Shown here piece after piece: positions 39,501-52,573 of a stretch of DNA of 64,000 nt. The stretch is taken from positions 122,202,001 through 122,266,000 of the forward strand of contig OZ296648.1 of the NCBI GenBank assembly GCA_965655095.1. Direction: 5' to 3'. The DNA comes from Haplodiscus bocki. Taxonomy: Eukaryota. Made by a program: the position numbers and the translations under genes. The notes under the pieces were generated by a model. It saw only the letters and a list, made by a program, of their open reading frames with translations, was not told the origin of the DNA and did no database searches. Position 1 is the first letter of the stretch, and each line of letters opens with the position of its first letter.

Positions 39501-41250
39501 GAATTTTACATTAGTTTTGAGTCCCGAATTTTGGAATTTTGAAAAATTATAAACTATGTAAAAGTGATACGTCATCGACCATACAAGAAGGATTAATTCC
39601 TAAACCGTAATGTACTAAAATGTCCTAAGTTTTTAGATAGTGATGAATCCCAAACTACAAAATGGTAATAGATGGCGCGAAAAAAGCAGAAAAGATAAAA
39701 CCTATACTATATCTTAGTGCCAAATCCTAACCTTTATATCAGTGATAAATCCAACGTTATATAACAATGAAACAATCTGAACTATACAATTGTGATAAAT
39801 CCTAAAACATATAAAATTGATAAAGTCTAAGTTATAGGACAGTGATAAATCCTAAAATTTATATTAGTGACAAATCCTGATTTTCATTATAGTGATGCAT
39901 CCTGAACTATGAAATAATGACGAATCCCAAAAATTTTCTTTTTCAAAAATCGTAGACTATGTAAAAGTGTTACATCATAAATAATACAACAGTGATAATA
40001 ATCAAACGGTAATTAAGTAACAAGTCCTAAACTAAAAAACACCTTTAATCCTAAAACTAACAATAGTGATACTTACTGAACTATACAATGGGAAAAACCC
40101 TAAACTGTCTTTTAGTGATAAGTCTTAAACTGCATAATAATGATATTTCCTAAAAATTGAAAATATTGATACATCCTACAGTGAACAGCAGTGAGATATC
40201 CAATACTAGTTTTTACTGTTAAACTCTAATCAAAGCACTAGTGTTAAATCAAAAACTATAGAATACTGAGACATCCTGAACTATACAAGAGTGACAAATC
40301 CCTAACTTTTTGTTAGTAATAAACACTGAACTACAAAATAGCGAATAAAATCAAAACTAAATATTAATGTTAATTCCTAACTGTATATTAGTGATAACTC
40401 CTAAAAACTGAACTTAATGATGCATCCTATACAATAGAATTGTTTTTATCCTAAATTGTTTCTTACTGATAAATACTAAGCAAAGTTTTGATGATAAATG
40501 AAAAACCATAAAATAGTGTTTCATCTTAAACTCTCCAAGCGTGGTAAAACCCCAAACTTCATTTTACTGATAAAAACTAAACTATCAAGTAGTGTTAAAC
40601 CGTACATTGGATAAGAGCAAAACCTGCTGAATTATACAACAGTGACAAATCCCAAAACATCTTAAAGTGAAAATTCAAAAAGTATAAAACATTGATAAAC
40701 CCTAATCTGAAGAAATTGATAAATCCCAAAAACAAATATTGGTGACATATCCTAGACATTAAAAAATTGATGAAAGCTAAGCTTTGACTTACTGGCAAAC
40801 ATAAAAATTGTACAGTAATGCTGAACCCAAAACTTTTTATTAGTGACAAAACCTAAACTAGATAACAGTGATACATCTTGAACGATACAAGATTGACAAA
40901 TCCTAAAACAAATAAAGGTGATCACGAATAAACTATAAGATAGTGATAAATTCTAAAGCATATAGTAGTGACAAATTTTAATTCATATAATAGTGAAACA
41001 TCTGAACTTTACAATCGGATGAATCCAAACTCTATATCATCGAAAAAATCGTTAACTTTGTAAAAGTGTTTTGTCATAGACTAGGCAAAGGTGATAAATA
41101 CTAAACCGTAATTTAGTAATTACTACTAAACTTTTTATTTGTTTTACACCTAAACTAAACAATAGTGATACATAGTCAATTATACAATTGGGAAAAACCT
41201 AACTGTATTTTAGTGATTTTTCCGAAACTACACAATCGTTATAAATCACC

Positions 41251-44200
41251 AAACTTCAGTTAACTGAAAAAGACGAAACATGACAGTAATGATAGTTCCT
41301 GAAATTAAAAACAGTGATAAACCCGAAACAATAAAACTAGATAAAAACCTTAGAGAAAGATAACAGTGAGATACCTTAAGCTTTGGAGTTCGGATAAAAG
41401 TTGAACTTTAATTTACTGACAAAAAGAAAAACTGTAAGGTAGTGATGAATCCCAGACTATAAAATAGTGGTTAACCCTAAACTGGATATTATTGATACAC
41501 ATTGAACTATACAATAGTGATGAATCCCAAAACATATAAGAGTCACAATGATTAAACTTTGAAATAGTCATACTTCCTAAACTAAGCAATAGTGACAACT
41601 CGGATTCTATCGATACCTCTTGAACCTGACAGAAGTGATGAACCCCCATTGATGAAGTACTGATAAAAACTAAACGATATGCTACTGATAAACCCTAAAC
41701 AATATAACACCTATAAATCCTAAACTACATAATAGTGATGAATCCGAATAAATATGATAGTGACAACTCCTGAACGATACAATGGTCAAAAATCCTCAAC
41801 TAAAAACTACAGATAAATACATAACTTTATAGTAAGGACGAATGTTGAAACTCTTAAACCTGATGAATCCTAACCAAGTTAAAAGAGAAAAATCCTATAC
41901 TAAACAATTGTGAAGAATCGTGAACAAGAATTTAGTGAAAAATATGAAACTACATAATGGTGATTATTCCCAAACTGTACAGTATTGACAAAGCCAAAAA
42001 TAGTCAAAAAAATTACATTCTGACATATAAAAAAGCGGCAAACCCAAAACAATGTAACGGTGATAAATACTAAGCTTTGTAAAAAAGATATTTCTTAAAC
42101 TAAAAAGTAGTGCCAAGTCCTGAACTATATAGTAATGATACAACCTGAACTATACAGTATCGATAAACCCTAAACAAAACAAAATCGAGAACTCCGAAAC
42201 TATCCTTTAGTGATGAATCCTAGACAACATTGAAGTGCAAATCCTAAAGTAAACTATACTGGTAACCACTCAACTATATAGTAGTTATGAAAACTAAACT
42301 GTAACTTAGTTTTAAATCCCTAACTGAAAATTATTGATTCTTGCTCAAACATACAATAGGGATAAATCGTAAACAATGTCATAGTGACAAATGCTAAACC
42401 TTATTTCAGTGATAAAAATTAAAGAAAGGAAGAGTGAAAAACCTTGAAGTGTATAAAAGTGACAATTCCTAAATTTCATAAAAACGATATATCATGAACT
42501 ATAAAAGAGTGGTTAAACCTAAATTATGTTTTAATGGTAACCAATATTTCACGTACTATTGATAAATCCTAAACAATTCAAAAGTGATGGACCCTAAGGA
42601 AAGGTAATAGTGATACATCCTGAAATGTATATTCATGAAAATCCCCAGACTTCTTTTACTCATGAATTTAAGACTATATTTTAACGATAAAAGTTAAACT
42701 CTAAAATGGTGATAATCCCCTCTTTAGATAACAGTGGAGCATTCTGAAGAGAACAGTAGTGGCAAATCCTAAAACAAACAATAGTGATAATGACTGAAGC
42801 ATATGATAGTGGCAAATCCCAAACTATATGACAGCGACGAATCAATCCCCTTTCAGAAAATAGTGATATACCCTGAACTTTACAAAAGTGATGAAACTCA
42901 AATGTTTCAAAACTGAGAAAAAATGTAAACTCTGTAATGCTGATACATCAAAAACTAAAAAACAGTGCTCAATCCTAAACCGTAAATTAGAAAAAGTTCC
43001 CAAACTATATAATATTTGTAGTCTAAAACTGAACAATAGTGATAATTACTAGAGCATACAACAAGGAAAAAGACTAATATAGATATTAGTGGTATTTCCT
43101 GAACTATATAATTTAAACTAAATGAAAGTGTTGCATCCTAAACCACATACTCGTTATAAAACCCCAAACTTCATTTTACTTAAAAAGACAAAACCTTACT
43201 GTAATGATAAATCCTGAAACAAAAAATAGTGATGAAACCGAGACTATAAAAAAGGACAAGACCTTGGAAAAGGATAATAGTGAGATATCTTAGGCTTTGA
43301 AAATCTGATAAACGATATTTTTTAATTTACTGACAAAAAAACTGTATGGTTGCGATGAATGTTAAACTATAAATTAGTGGTGAACCCTAAACTAGATAAT
43401 AATGATACACCTTGAACGACACAGTAGTGATAAATCCCAAAACATATAGAGGTGACAATGACTAAACTATGAAATAGTGATTTTTCCTAAACTAAACAAT
43501 GGTGACAAATCGGATTGTATTGATACCTCTTGACCTTTACACAAGTGATAGATCCCCAACTATATAAAAGTGATAAAATCTAAACGATATGCTACTGATA
43601 AACCCTAAAAACTAAAACACTGAAAAAATCCTAAACTACATAGCAGTGATGAATCCTAATATATATGATAGTGACACATCCTGAACGATACAAAAGTCAG
43701 CAGTAGTGATAATTGTTGAACTTTTTACTACTGATAAACCCTAACCAAGACAAATCAAAAAAAACCTATAGGAAACCCTTGTGAAAAATCGTGAACTAGA
43801 ACTTACTGAAAAAATGGAAACTATAGCGTAGTGATTAATCCCAAACTGTACAGTATTGACAAATCGTAAACTAAACAAAAACTTACAATCTGACTTATAA
43901 ATTAGTGGCAACCCCAAAACTATGTACTGGTGATAAATACAAAGCTACATTAAAAAGATAGTTCCTAAACAAAAAAAGTAGTGATAAAGTCCACAACTAT
44001 ATAATAATGATACAACCTGAACTTCACAGTTTTGATAAATCCTAAACCAGACAAAATCGAGAACTTCTGAACAATCTATTAGTGACAAATCCTAGACTAT
44101 ATTAAAGTGAAAATCCTAAACTTATATTTACTGGTGACCAGTTCACGTTAAAGTGGTTATAAAACCTAAACTGTATGTTAGTTAGAAATCCCCAACTAAA

Positions 44201-47200
44201 CATTACTGACACTTGCTCAAGTATACAACAGGGATAAATCCAAAACAATATCATAGTGACAAATCCTAAACCTTATTTCAGTGACAGAAATTAAAGTACA
44301 TAACAAAGAAAAATCCTAAACCGTATACAAGTGGTAATTCCTAAAAGACATAAAAACGAAAAATCCTGAACTTTATAAGAGTGGTTAAACCCAAGACATG
44401 TTTTAACCATAACCAATAACTTATGTACTATTGATAAAGACTAAACTATATAAAGGTGGAAAATCTCAAAGAAAATTATTAGTGATTCATCCTGAACAGT
44501 ACATTCACGAAAAAAGCAAAACATTTTTTACTGATGAATTTAGAATTGTCAATTAGTGATAAAAACTAAACTCCATAATGGTGATAATCCCCTCCTTGGA
44601 TAACAGTGAATTATTTTAAATTGAACATTATTCGTTAATCCTAAAACATAAATTAGTGATAATGACTGAATCATATGATAGTGGCAAATCCCAAACTATA
44701 TAACAGCGACCTATTTTCTCTCGAAATGTAGTGATACACAAATGAACTTTACAAAATTGATGAACCCCAAAAAATATTTTATTGAAAAATCGTAAACTCA
44801 GTTTTGGTGATACATCATAAACTATAGTGAATACATCATAAACAATGATCAAGCCTAAACCGTAAATTAGTAAAAGTGCCAAACTAAACAATAACTGTAA
44901 TCTGAAACTAAACAATAGTGATAAATACTGGAGCATACAGTATGGAAAAAGATTAAAGTGGTTTTTAGTGATAATTCCTGAACTATAGAACATTGATAAC
45001 TCCCTAAAGTAAATAATTTTGATACTTCCCAAACTGTACAGTAATTAATATCTCAAACTATCTTTTACAGATAAAAACTAAACCAAATACTAGTGATAAG
45101 TCGTAAACTATAAGAAAGTCTTGCAAAATAAATTACTTACTCGTTATCCAACCCAAACTTCAATTCTTTTAAAAACACAAAACTTTACTGTATTGATAAA
45201 TCCTGAAACAAAAAATATTGATGAACCCGAAACTATAAAAATTGATAGGACCTTAGAAGAGGATATTACTGAGATATCTTAAGCTATAAAAATCTGATAA
45301 AAGTTAAATTCCAATTTACTGACAAACGGAAAAACTGTACGGTAGTGATGAATCTTAACCTATAAAAATGTGGTGAACCCTAAACTAAATAAAATTGGTA
45401 CACCTTGATCTATACAATAGTGTTTAATCAATCCCAAAACGTAAAAAAGTGACAATAACTAAAGTGTAAAATAGTGGTATTTCCTAAACTAAACAATTGT
45501 GACAAATCGACTTTTTTGAAATTTCCTGAACTTTGCACAAGTGATAACTCCCCGACTATATAGTAGTGATAAAACTTTATAGTGGTCAATTGAACTTTAT
45601 AGTAGTGGATATTCTTGAACTATAATGTAGTGACAAATCTTAAACTAGACAAAAAAAACATTCTGAACTATAAGATAGTGGCAAACACAAAACATTACCA
45701 AAGTGATAAATACAAAACTATATAACGAATATATATCCCAAACTAAAAAATATTGAGAAGTCCTGAACTAGGTAGTATTGATACATCCTAAACTATACAG
45801 TGTTGGTAAATCGTGAATCAAATAAAATGGAAAAATCCTGAGATATCTATTAGTGATATATCCTAGACTTTTTAAAATGGAACCCATAAACTAATTTATA
45901 CGGGTAGCTAGTCAATTATATAGTAGTTATCGATCATAAACTGTATGTTAGTTATAAATCCCCAACTAAATATTTGTGATACTTGCAGATTTTTACAATA
46001 GGCATACATCCTAAACAATATCATAGTGACAAAACCTAAACCTTATTTCAGTGATAAATACTAAAGTACATAACAGTGATGAATCCCAAATTCTATAGAG
46101 GTGATAAAATCTAAGTTTTAGAAAAGTGATAAGTCTTGAACTATATAAGAGTAGTAAAACCGTACACATTTTTTAACGATAACCAACAATTTATGTACTA
46201 TTGATAAACCCTAAAATATATAAAAAAAGATGAATCCTAAAAAAGGGTAAAAGTGACACATCGTGAACTGTACAATCAAAAAAAATCCCAAACTTTACTT
46301 CATTGACGAATTTAAAACTACATATCAGTGAAAAAAACTAAACTAGATATTGTTGATAATCCCTTTAATGGATAACCTTGAAATTTCCGGAATGAACAGA
46401 AGTGGTAAATCTTTAAACATATAACTGTAATTATGACTGAACTATATGATAGAGACAAATCCCAAACTATAAAACAGAGAAGAATCTTTTTTCAGATAAT
46501 AGTGATACACACTGAACTTTACAATAGTGACGAATCCCAAAAATTATGATAATGAAAAATCGCAAACTATGTAATAGTGATACATCATAAACTATAAAGC
46601 AGTGATAAATCCCAAGCCGTAAATTGGTAAAAAATCTGAAACTTTTTTACGAATATAGTCTAAAAGTAAACAGAAGTGATAGTTACTGAAACATACAATG
46701 AGGAAAAAACCTGAATTGTTTTTTTTGATATTGCTTCAACTATATCACAGTGTTATGTCCTAGAAGTATATATTTTGATAGATCGTGAACTATTCAATGT
46801 TGACACAACCCCACACTTTATTTTAATGACAAGGACAAAACTTTATAGTTGTGATAATTCCTGAAACAATAAACAGTGATAAAACCGGATATATAAAAGT
46901 TCAGAAAACCATTAAAAAAGATAGTAGTGACATATCTTAAGCTTTGAAATTCTGATAAAAGCTAAACTATACTTTACTGACAAACATAGAAACTGTATAG
47001 TAGTGATGAACCCCAAAATATAAAATAGTGGTGAACGCTAAAACAGAAAATAATGATACACCTTGAACTATACAAAAGTGGTAAAGCATAAAACATTTGA
47101 AAATGACGAGGACTAAACTATAACATACTGATATTCTCAAACTTTCGACAAATCGACCTTTATTGATAACTGTTGAACTTTACACAAGTAGTAAATCGCC

Positions 47201-47300
47201 AACTAAATATTTTTGATAAAAACTAAACGACATACTACTGAAAAAACCTAAATTTCACAACATTGATAAATCCTAAACTATAATTTCGTGCTGATTCCCA
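41251..47300 (+). repeat. Older ~1.9-kb higher-order unit, ~3.3 diverged copies
   Basis: Cassette AAACTTCATTTTACT..AAAAGAC.AAAC.TTAC.GTAATGAT at 41251, 43166, 45155 and 46813 (spacings 1915, 1989, 1658). The same series occurs at 55418, 57332, 59305 and 61222 (1914, 1973, 1917). Confidence 0.75.
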
Positions 47301-50300
47301 GTTTATATGATAATGATGAATCTTAAATAAAAGAATAGTGATACATGTTGAAATTTACACCAAGGACAAACCCTAAACTATATCGTGGTGACGAAGCCTA
47401 AACTATATAGCAGTACTGAATACTAAAATAACAGGAAGTGACAAAACCACAACTATAAATTAGTATCAATTCCTAACCCAAAAGTTAGTCAGAAATCCAA
47501 AAAGTAAAAAAAAGTGGTACAACCTGAACAATACAATAGTGATATAACTTTAACTATTTTTTAAAGATAAACATTTAACAATTTGCTAGTGATAAATCCT
47601 AAACTGAGCAAAAGTGGTAAATCGTAACCTATAGAAAAGCAAAAAATCTTAAAACAAATGATGGTATTACATTCTGACCTACACACTAGGGACAAATCCC
47701 TAACTTAACATAGGTTGAAAATTTCAAATTTTGTAATAGTTCAAATCCCAAACTATATATTGGCGATAAACATCAAAATATGTTTTATTGATAAACAAAA
47801 AACTATGTACTAAAGACAAAACCTATATTTTTTTAAAAGTGATGACTCCTAAAGAAAGGTAATAGTGATACATCCCCAAACTATACATTCCTGATGAATC
47901 CTGAACTATAATTTACTGATAAATACAAAATTATAAAATATATAAAAATCCTGAACCATAAAATAGTGATAAATCTTAGATTGGGAAATTTTGGTACATT
48001 CTGAAATATGCAATAGTGACAAAATCTCAACCATATCGTTTTGCTACATTATAAACTAGAAAACACTGATAAACGTTGAACTGAAGCAGTGACATGTACT
48101 GAATTGAGAGTTTAGAGATTCATGCTATACCACACCAAAAAGATGAAACCTAAACTATTCTTTACTGACAAATACAAAAACTATTTATCAGTGATAAAAC
48201 CTCAACTAGATAATAGTGTTACTTCATCAGGCAGGCATTAGTGATATATCCTAGAACATAAATCAGTGATGAAGACTGAACTATATGATAAAGATAAATC
48301 CCAAACTATCTTATAACAATAAATCCGATTTCGTGTGAAATTGATACATCCTTAACTTTACAAAAAAGATATCTCCCAAGTGTTACAGAATCGAAAGAAC
48401 CAAAACAAAAATTAGTAATAAAACCTGAACTATCTTTTAGTTGTGAATCCCAAGTTTCTAATAATGAAATCTCTCAAACTATACGAGAGTGGAAAATCGT
48501 AAACTTTATAATGGTGATAAGTCACAAACCATTTAAAAATGGTAAATTGTAAAATTCATCACAGGTGATAAATCGAAAAAAAAGATATTAGTGAAACATA
48601 CTAAACAACGAAATAGTGACCATCTTTTGAAACATATATTAGTGATGAACACTAAACATTCTACTAGTGATATATCCTAATCTGTAAAGTAGTGATATAT
48701 CCTAAACTAGACTATACTGAGACTTTGTGAACTATATAAAAAAGATAAAACCCAAACAACTTATTAGTGATGAATCCTAAACTATAAAGTAGGCAAAAAT
48801 CCCAAACTATCCAACAGTGATGACACCCAAACTGTTTTTTAGTGACAAATGCAGAACTCTACAGAAAAGATAAATCTTAAACTGAATAGGTGTGATAAAG
48901 ACTGAATTTTGTAATAGTGATGAAACCTAAACTTTATAATGGTCATAATTCCTATTTCACATAAGAGTGATACAGCTTGATACCGAGTGAAATTTGGAAC
49001 AGTGATAAACCTTAAACTATAAAAGAAACAAAAAACCTAATGTTTTAAACCAAAAAAAGTGCCATATCCTAAACTTTTATATCGTGATAAATACTAAGCT
49101 TATCTTTTATGATAAATCTCCAACTTCATATTAGTGAATGACCCTGAATTATATGAAATTGGTGAACCCTATCAATAAAAAGAGAAAAGTTGTAAAATAT
49201 TTTGTAAGGAAAAACCTAACTTATATAGTAGTGATAAACCCTACACTTAGATATAATTGTTACATGCATATCTTTGAAAAAGTTATAAACCTCGAAGTTT
49301 TTAAATCGTGATTCAAATTACACTCTGTAAAAGTGATAAATCCTCAACTATATATTAGTGATACACAGTGAACTCAACAATAGTGATAAAACCTAATTTT
49401 GGTAACAGTGAGATATCCAAAAATCTAAAAAAAATTTAGATAAATCAGAAGTTTCATAATAGTCGGATAAACTAAACTATGAAGTAGTGGTAAATCCTAA
49501 ACTATTCAAAAGTGACAAAGCCTTCTTTTTTAAATAGTGACAAACACTTAAAAAAAGATTTCACTGATATATCCTGATTTTTACAAAACTGATAAAAGCT
49601 AAACTGCATCTTTCTGATAATAACGAAAAAAAAACCAAGTACTAGTGATGAAACCTAAACTACATTATAAAGATGAATCCAAAAAAAGATAATAGTGACA
49701 CAACTTGAACTATACAAAGGTCATAAGTCCTATACAATTTATTAGTGATAATGAATAAAACTTTATGATAGTGTTAAATCCTAAACTAAAATTTGGTGAT
49801 AAACATTTCTTCAATTCAAAGTGATACATCCTGAACAATACAATAGTCATAAATCCTAAACTTTATAGTATTCGAAACCCCCGAACTATGTAATAGTGGT
49901 ACTTTCTAAACTATGCAACGGTGATACATGCTGAATTATACAAAAAGTTGAATCCTAAACTAACTCATAGTGACAAGTCCTGAACTGAAAAACAGCGATA
50001 AGTACTAAACTATATAAGTTTGATAAGTCTTGAAGTTTATATCAGTGATAATTCTTAAACTATATTATAGTGATAATTCAAAAACCTAAATAATATTGGT
50101 AAATCTTGAACTAGACAAAACTGATACATACTGAACTATTTTTTACTGATATGTACCAAACAAGATAATAGTGATAAATCCTAAACTATATACTAGAAAT
50201 CAACCCTAAGCTAGATAAAAGTGATACATCCTGAACAAAACAATAGTGATAAATCCTTAACTTTATAGTGAAAATAAAAACTGTATGTTAGTGAGAATAG

Positions 50301-51502
50301 TGATAAAGTGAAGTTTGTGATACACCCCAATTATCATGAAAGTGATTAATCTTATTCTGTTTAATTGTGATACGTATCCCATCTTATATGATATTTTATA
50401 TGATAACTTATACAATAGTGAAAAATCCTAGAGTATGAAATATTGATTTGTCCGAAACTGTATAATAGCGATAAATGCTAAACTATATAAAGGTCATTTA
50501 TTTTAAACTTTGTAGCAATGATAAACCCCAAACTGTTTAGTAGTGATAAGCTCTGAAACTAAAATTAATGAAAAGTCGTAAACTCAGTTTGATAATCAGA
50601 AGGCGATCAAAAACTTTAACCATGAGAAAATCAAAGAAGACGCAAGAAACAACACAAACTTTAGTAGAACATTTCTTAGTACTGTGACTCTGAGTTTCTC
50701 TCATAGTTGTGAAAAAATGGTTATTGCAAGAATTTGCAGAACTGGCGGATACGCAACCGCTCAAAATGCATTTAGTTGCTTTGCACGCCAGACCCAACAG
50801 CGCCGTGATCCGGCATAGACTAGCTGCTTAAAAGTCTCCTTGAACGGAATCGAAGTGATTGCCTGGAACGCGGTCGATGTTTTTATGCAACAACCTTAGT
50901 CGAGATCACATTGGTAGCATTGATGTTTCATTATTGTTGTCATCAACAAAAGAGCAAAAAAAATAATTGCCACGTTGAAAACAAACGACTTGAAGAATGA
51001 TAAAGTCTAGTTATTACTAAAATTGTTAGGGAACTGGACCTGACAAGTGGAAAATTGCACAACTTGAACCGTCTAGAGAACTTGGAAAAGTCCGAGATTC
51101 CATGATGAAAATCTCGACAATCAATTCAAAACATGCTATGCAGTAAGGGTCAGTCAAAATATACTGCCACAGCGGTTGCAAATCACGACAGTCTAGAGGA
51201 ACTCAGGAGGTCAACGAAAAGCCGGAAACAATGCCAGAAGGACATTTCCCTAGCACTGCTGACAGAAAAGCGAAAACTACTACGAAAACAATGAGAGGAA
51301 CAACACATGTCACACAGATGAAGCGATTAAGATTATTTGAAAAAAAGCAAACCCGCAATAAACCTCGGATAACGCTGGTTGATTTTCAACACGGTCAAGA
51401 TGTTGACAAGGCAAACGTTTCGGGAACGTCAATTTTTCTCCCTTGAGAAGCATTTTTGTTCTACGCCAACTCCTTACAGAGGTTCATAAACACATATTAA
51501 AT

Positions 51503-51700
51503 CCCTAGTTGAGACGAAATGCATTTCTGACAAGATTGTTGCAAGATGCTTTCAAGAACTTGGGAAAAAATGCATTACTCCTAGATAATTTTGCAATATC
51601 GTACAAAAAATTATCAATCTTGGAAGATTCTGGCAGACAAGTTGTTTCTTGCAAGATTCTTACAAGCTTCTTGTAAGAATTACAATGTCTGAAAGATTTG
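51503..51700 (-). mobile_element. TTGCAAGA-rich MITE-like element, copy 3 (inverted relative to the others)
   Basis: Begins AT|CCCTAGTTGAGACGAAATGCATTTCTGACAAGATT, near reverse complement of the right end of copy 4. TTGCAAGA motifs continue to ~51690. Confidence 0.65.
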
Positions 51701-52410
51701 TCGCGTTATAGCTAACGCTTAAACCGATAAATTATATTTCTTAAATACGTGCAATGACTAATGTTTGACAAGAGAACTGCATACGGTTTTGACTAACCTG
51801 GGAGCTGCTGGAAGCATGAAATAACGCGCAGTATAAAAAAAAGATGAGGGATTGGAAATGCACAAGAGGAAGGAAAAGAGGAAAAGGGAAATTTTTAAAA
51901 GCGTTGGAATGTGGTTCAACGCGATTGGCCTGTATGGTCACTTGACCGGTGACGTAGTATAGCTTCATTTTGGAGCTGGTACTGGAAAGCGGCTCGATCA
52001 TTACTTACTTACTCGCTTACTGGACGGCAGCCAAACTTCTTTCCCTTTACTTTACTCCCTTTCCTTTTTACCTTGCTTTCTCTTCCTTCTTGCTTGGTTA
52101 AAATTAATTTGAATTCTCTTCCTTCTTTCCTCGGACGAAAATATTTTAAGACAAAGCCAAAATTGTCCTAGCCGCAAAATCTCCCTACAGATCCAAGCTA
52201 TTTGCTCTCGATTTCTCACCAAATGATCCTATTGGCTCTCGCCAAAACTGAAAGAATACGTGACTATTCGAGTAAAAATACCCAGCGCACAACCATAATA
52301 TTCATTTGCTTGCTACCACCAACTACCCTACTTCCTCGAGGCGAAACTCTACTAACCACAGCGCTCACCTAATTGTTCAGAAATTCTCTTCCCTTCTATT
52401 CCACCAGCAG

Positions 52411-52573
52411 GCCCGCAAATCATCAGCACCCGAGAATATTCTTGGACTTTTTCGCCTGCAGACGTGTTTTAGCCGCTAACCATCAGCATCCGAAAATATT
52501 CACAGACTTTTCAGCCTGCAGAATTGTCTTAGCCGCAAAACACCAATTTCCCGGAAATATTCAAAGACTTTCC
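52411..52573 (+). repeat. 60-bp tandem repeat, ~2.7 copies
   Basis: CATCAGCACCCGAGAATATTCTTGGACTTTTTCGCCTGCAGACGTGTTTTAGCCGC at 52421, a homologous unit at 52481, and a partial unit at 52541. Confidence 0.85.

Larger units (their letters stand above)
4975..50585 (+). repeat. Degenerate 25-bp satellite array 1 (~45.6 kb, roughly 1800 monomers)
   Basis: Consecutive 25-mers near 5124-5223: AAACTATATAACAGTGATAAGTACT / AAACTATATAAGAGTGATAAATCCT / GAACTATAAACTAGTGATACGTCCT / AAACCATACAATAGTGATAATTACT. The period and the AGTGA(T/C)A and CCT(A/G)AAC cores persist throughout. The + strand is strongly A-rich. Confidence 0.97.

Noticed and set aside
50835-50880. tRNA/SINE B-box-like CTTCGATTCC on the minus strand
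   Set aside because: No A-box at a suitable distance and no cloverleaf stems.
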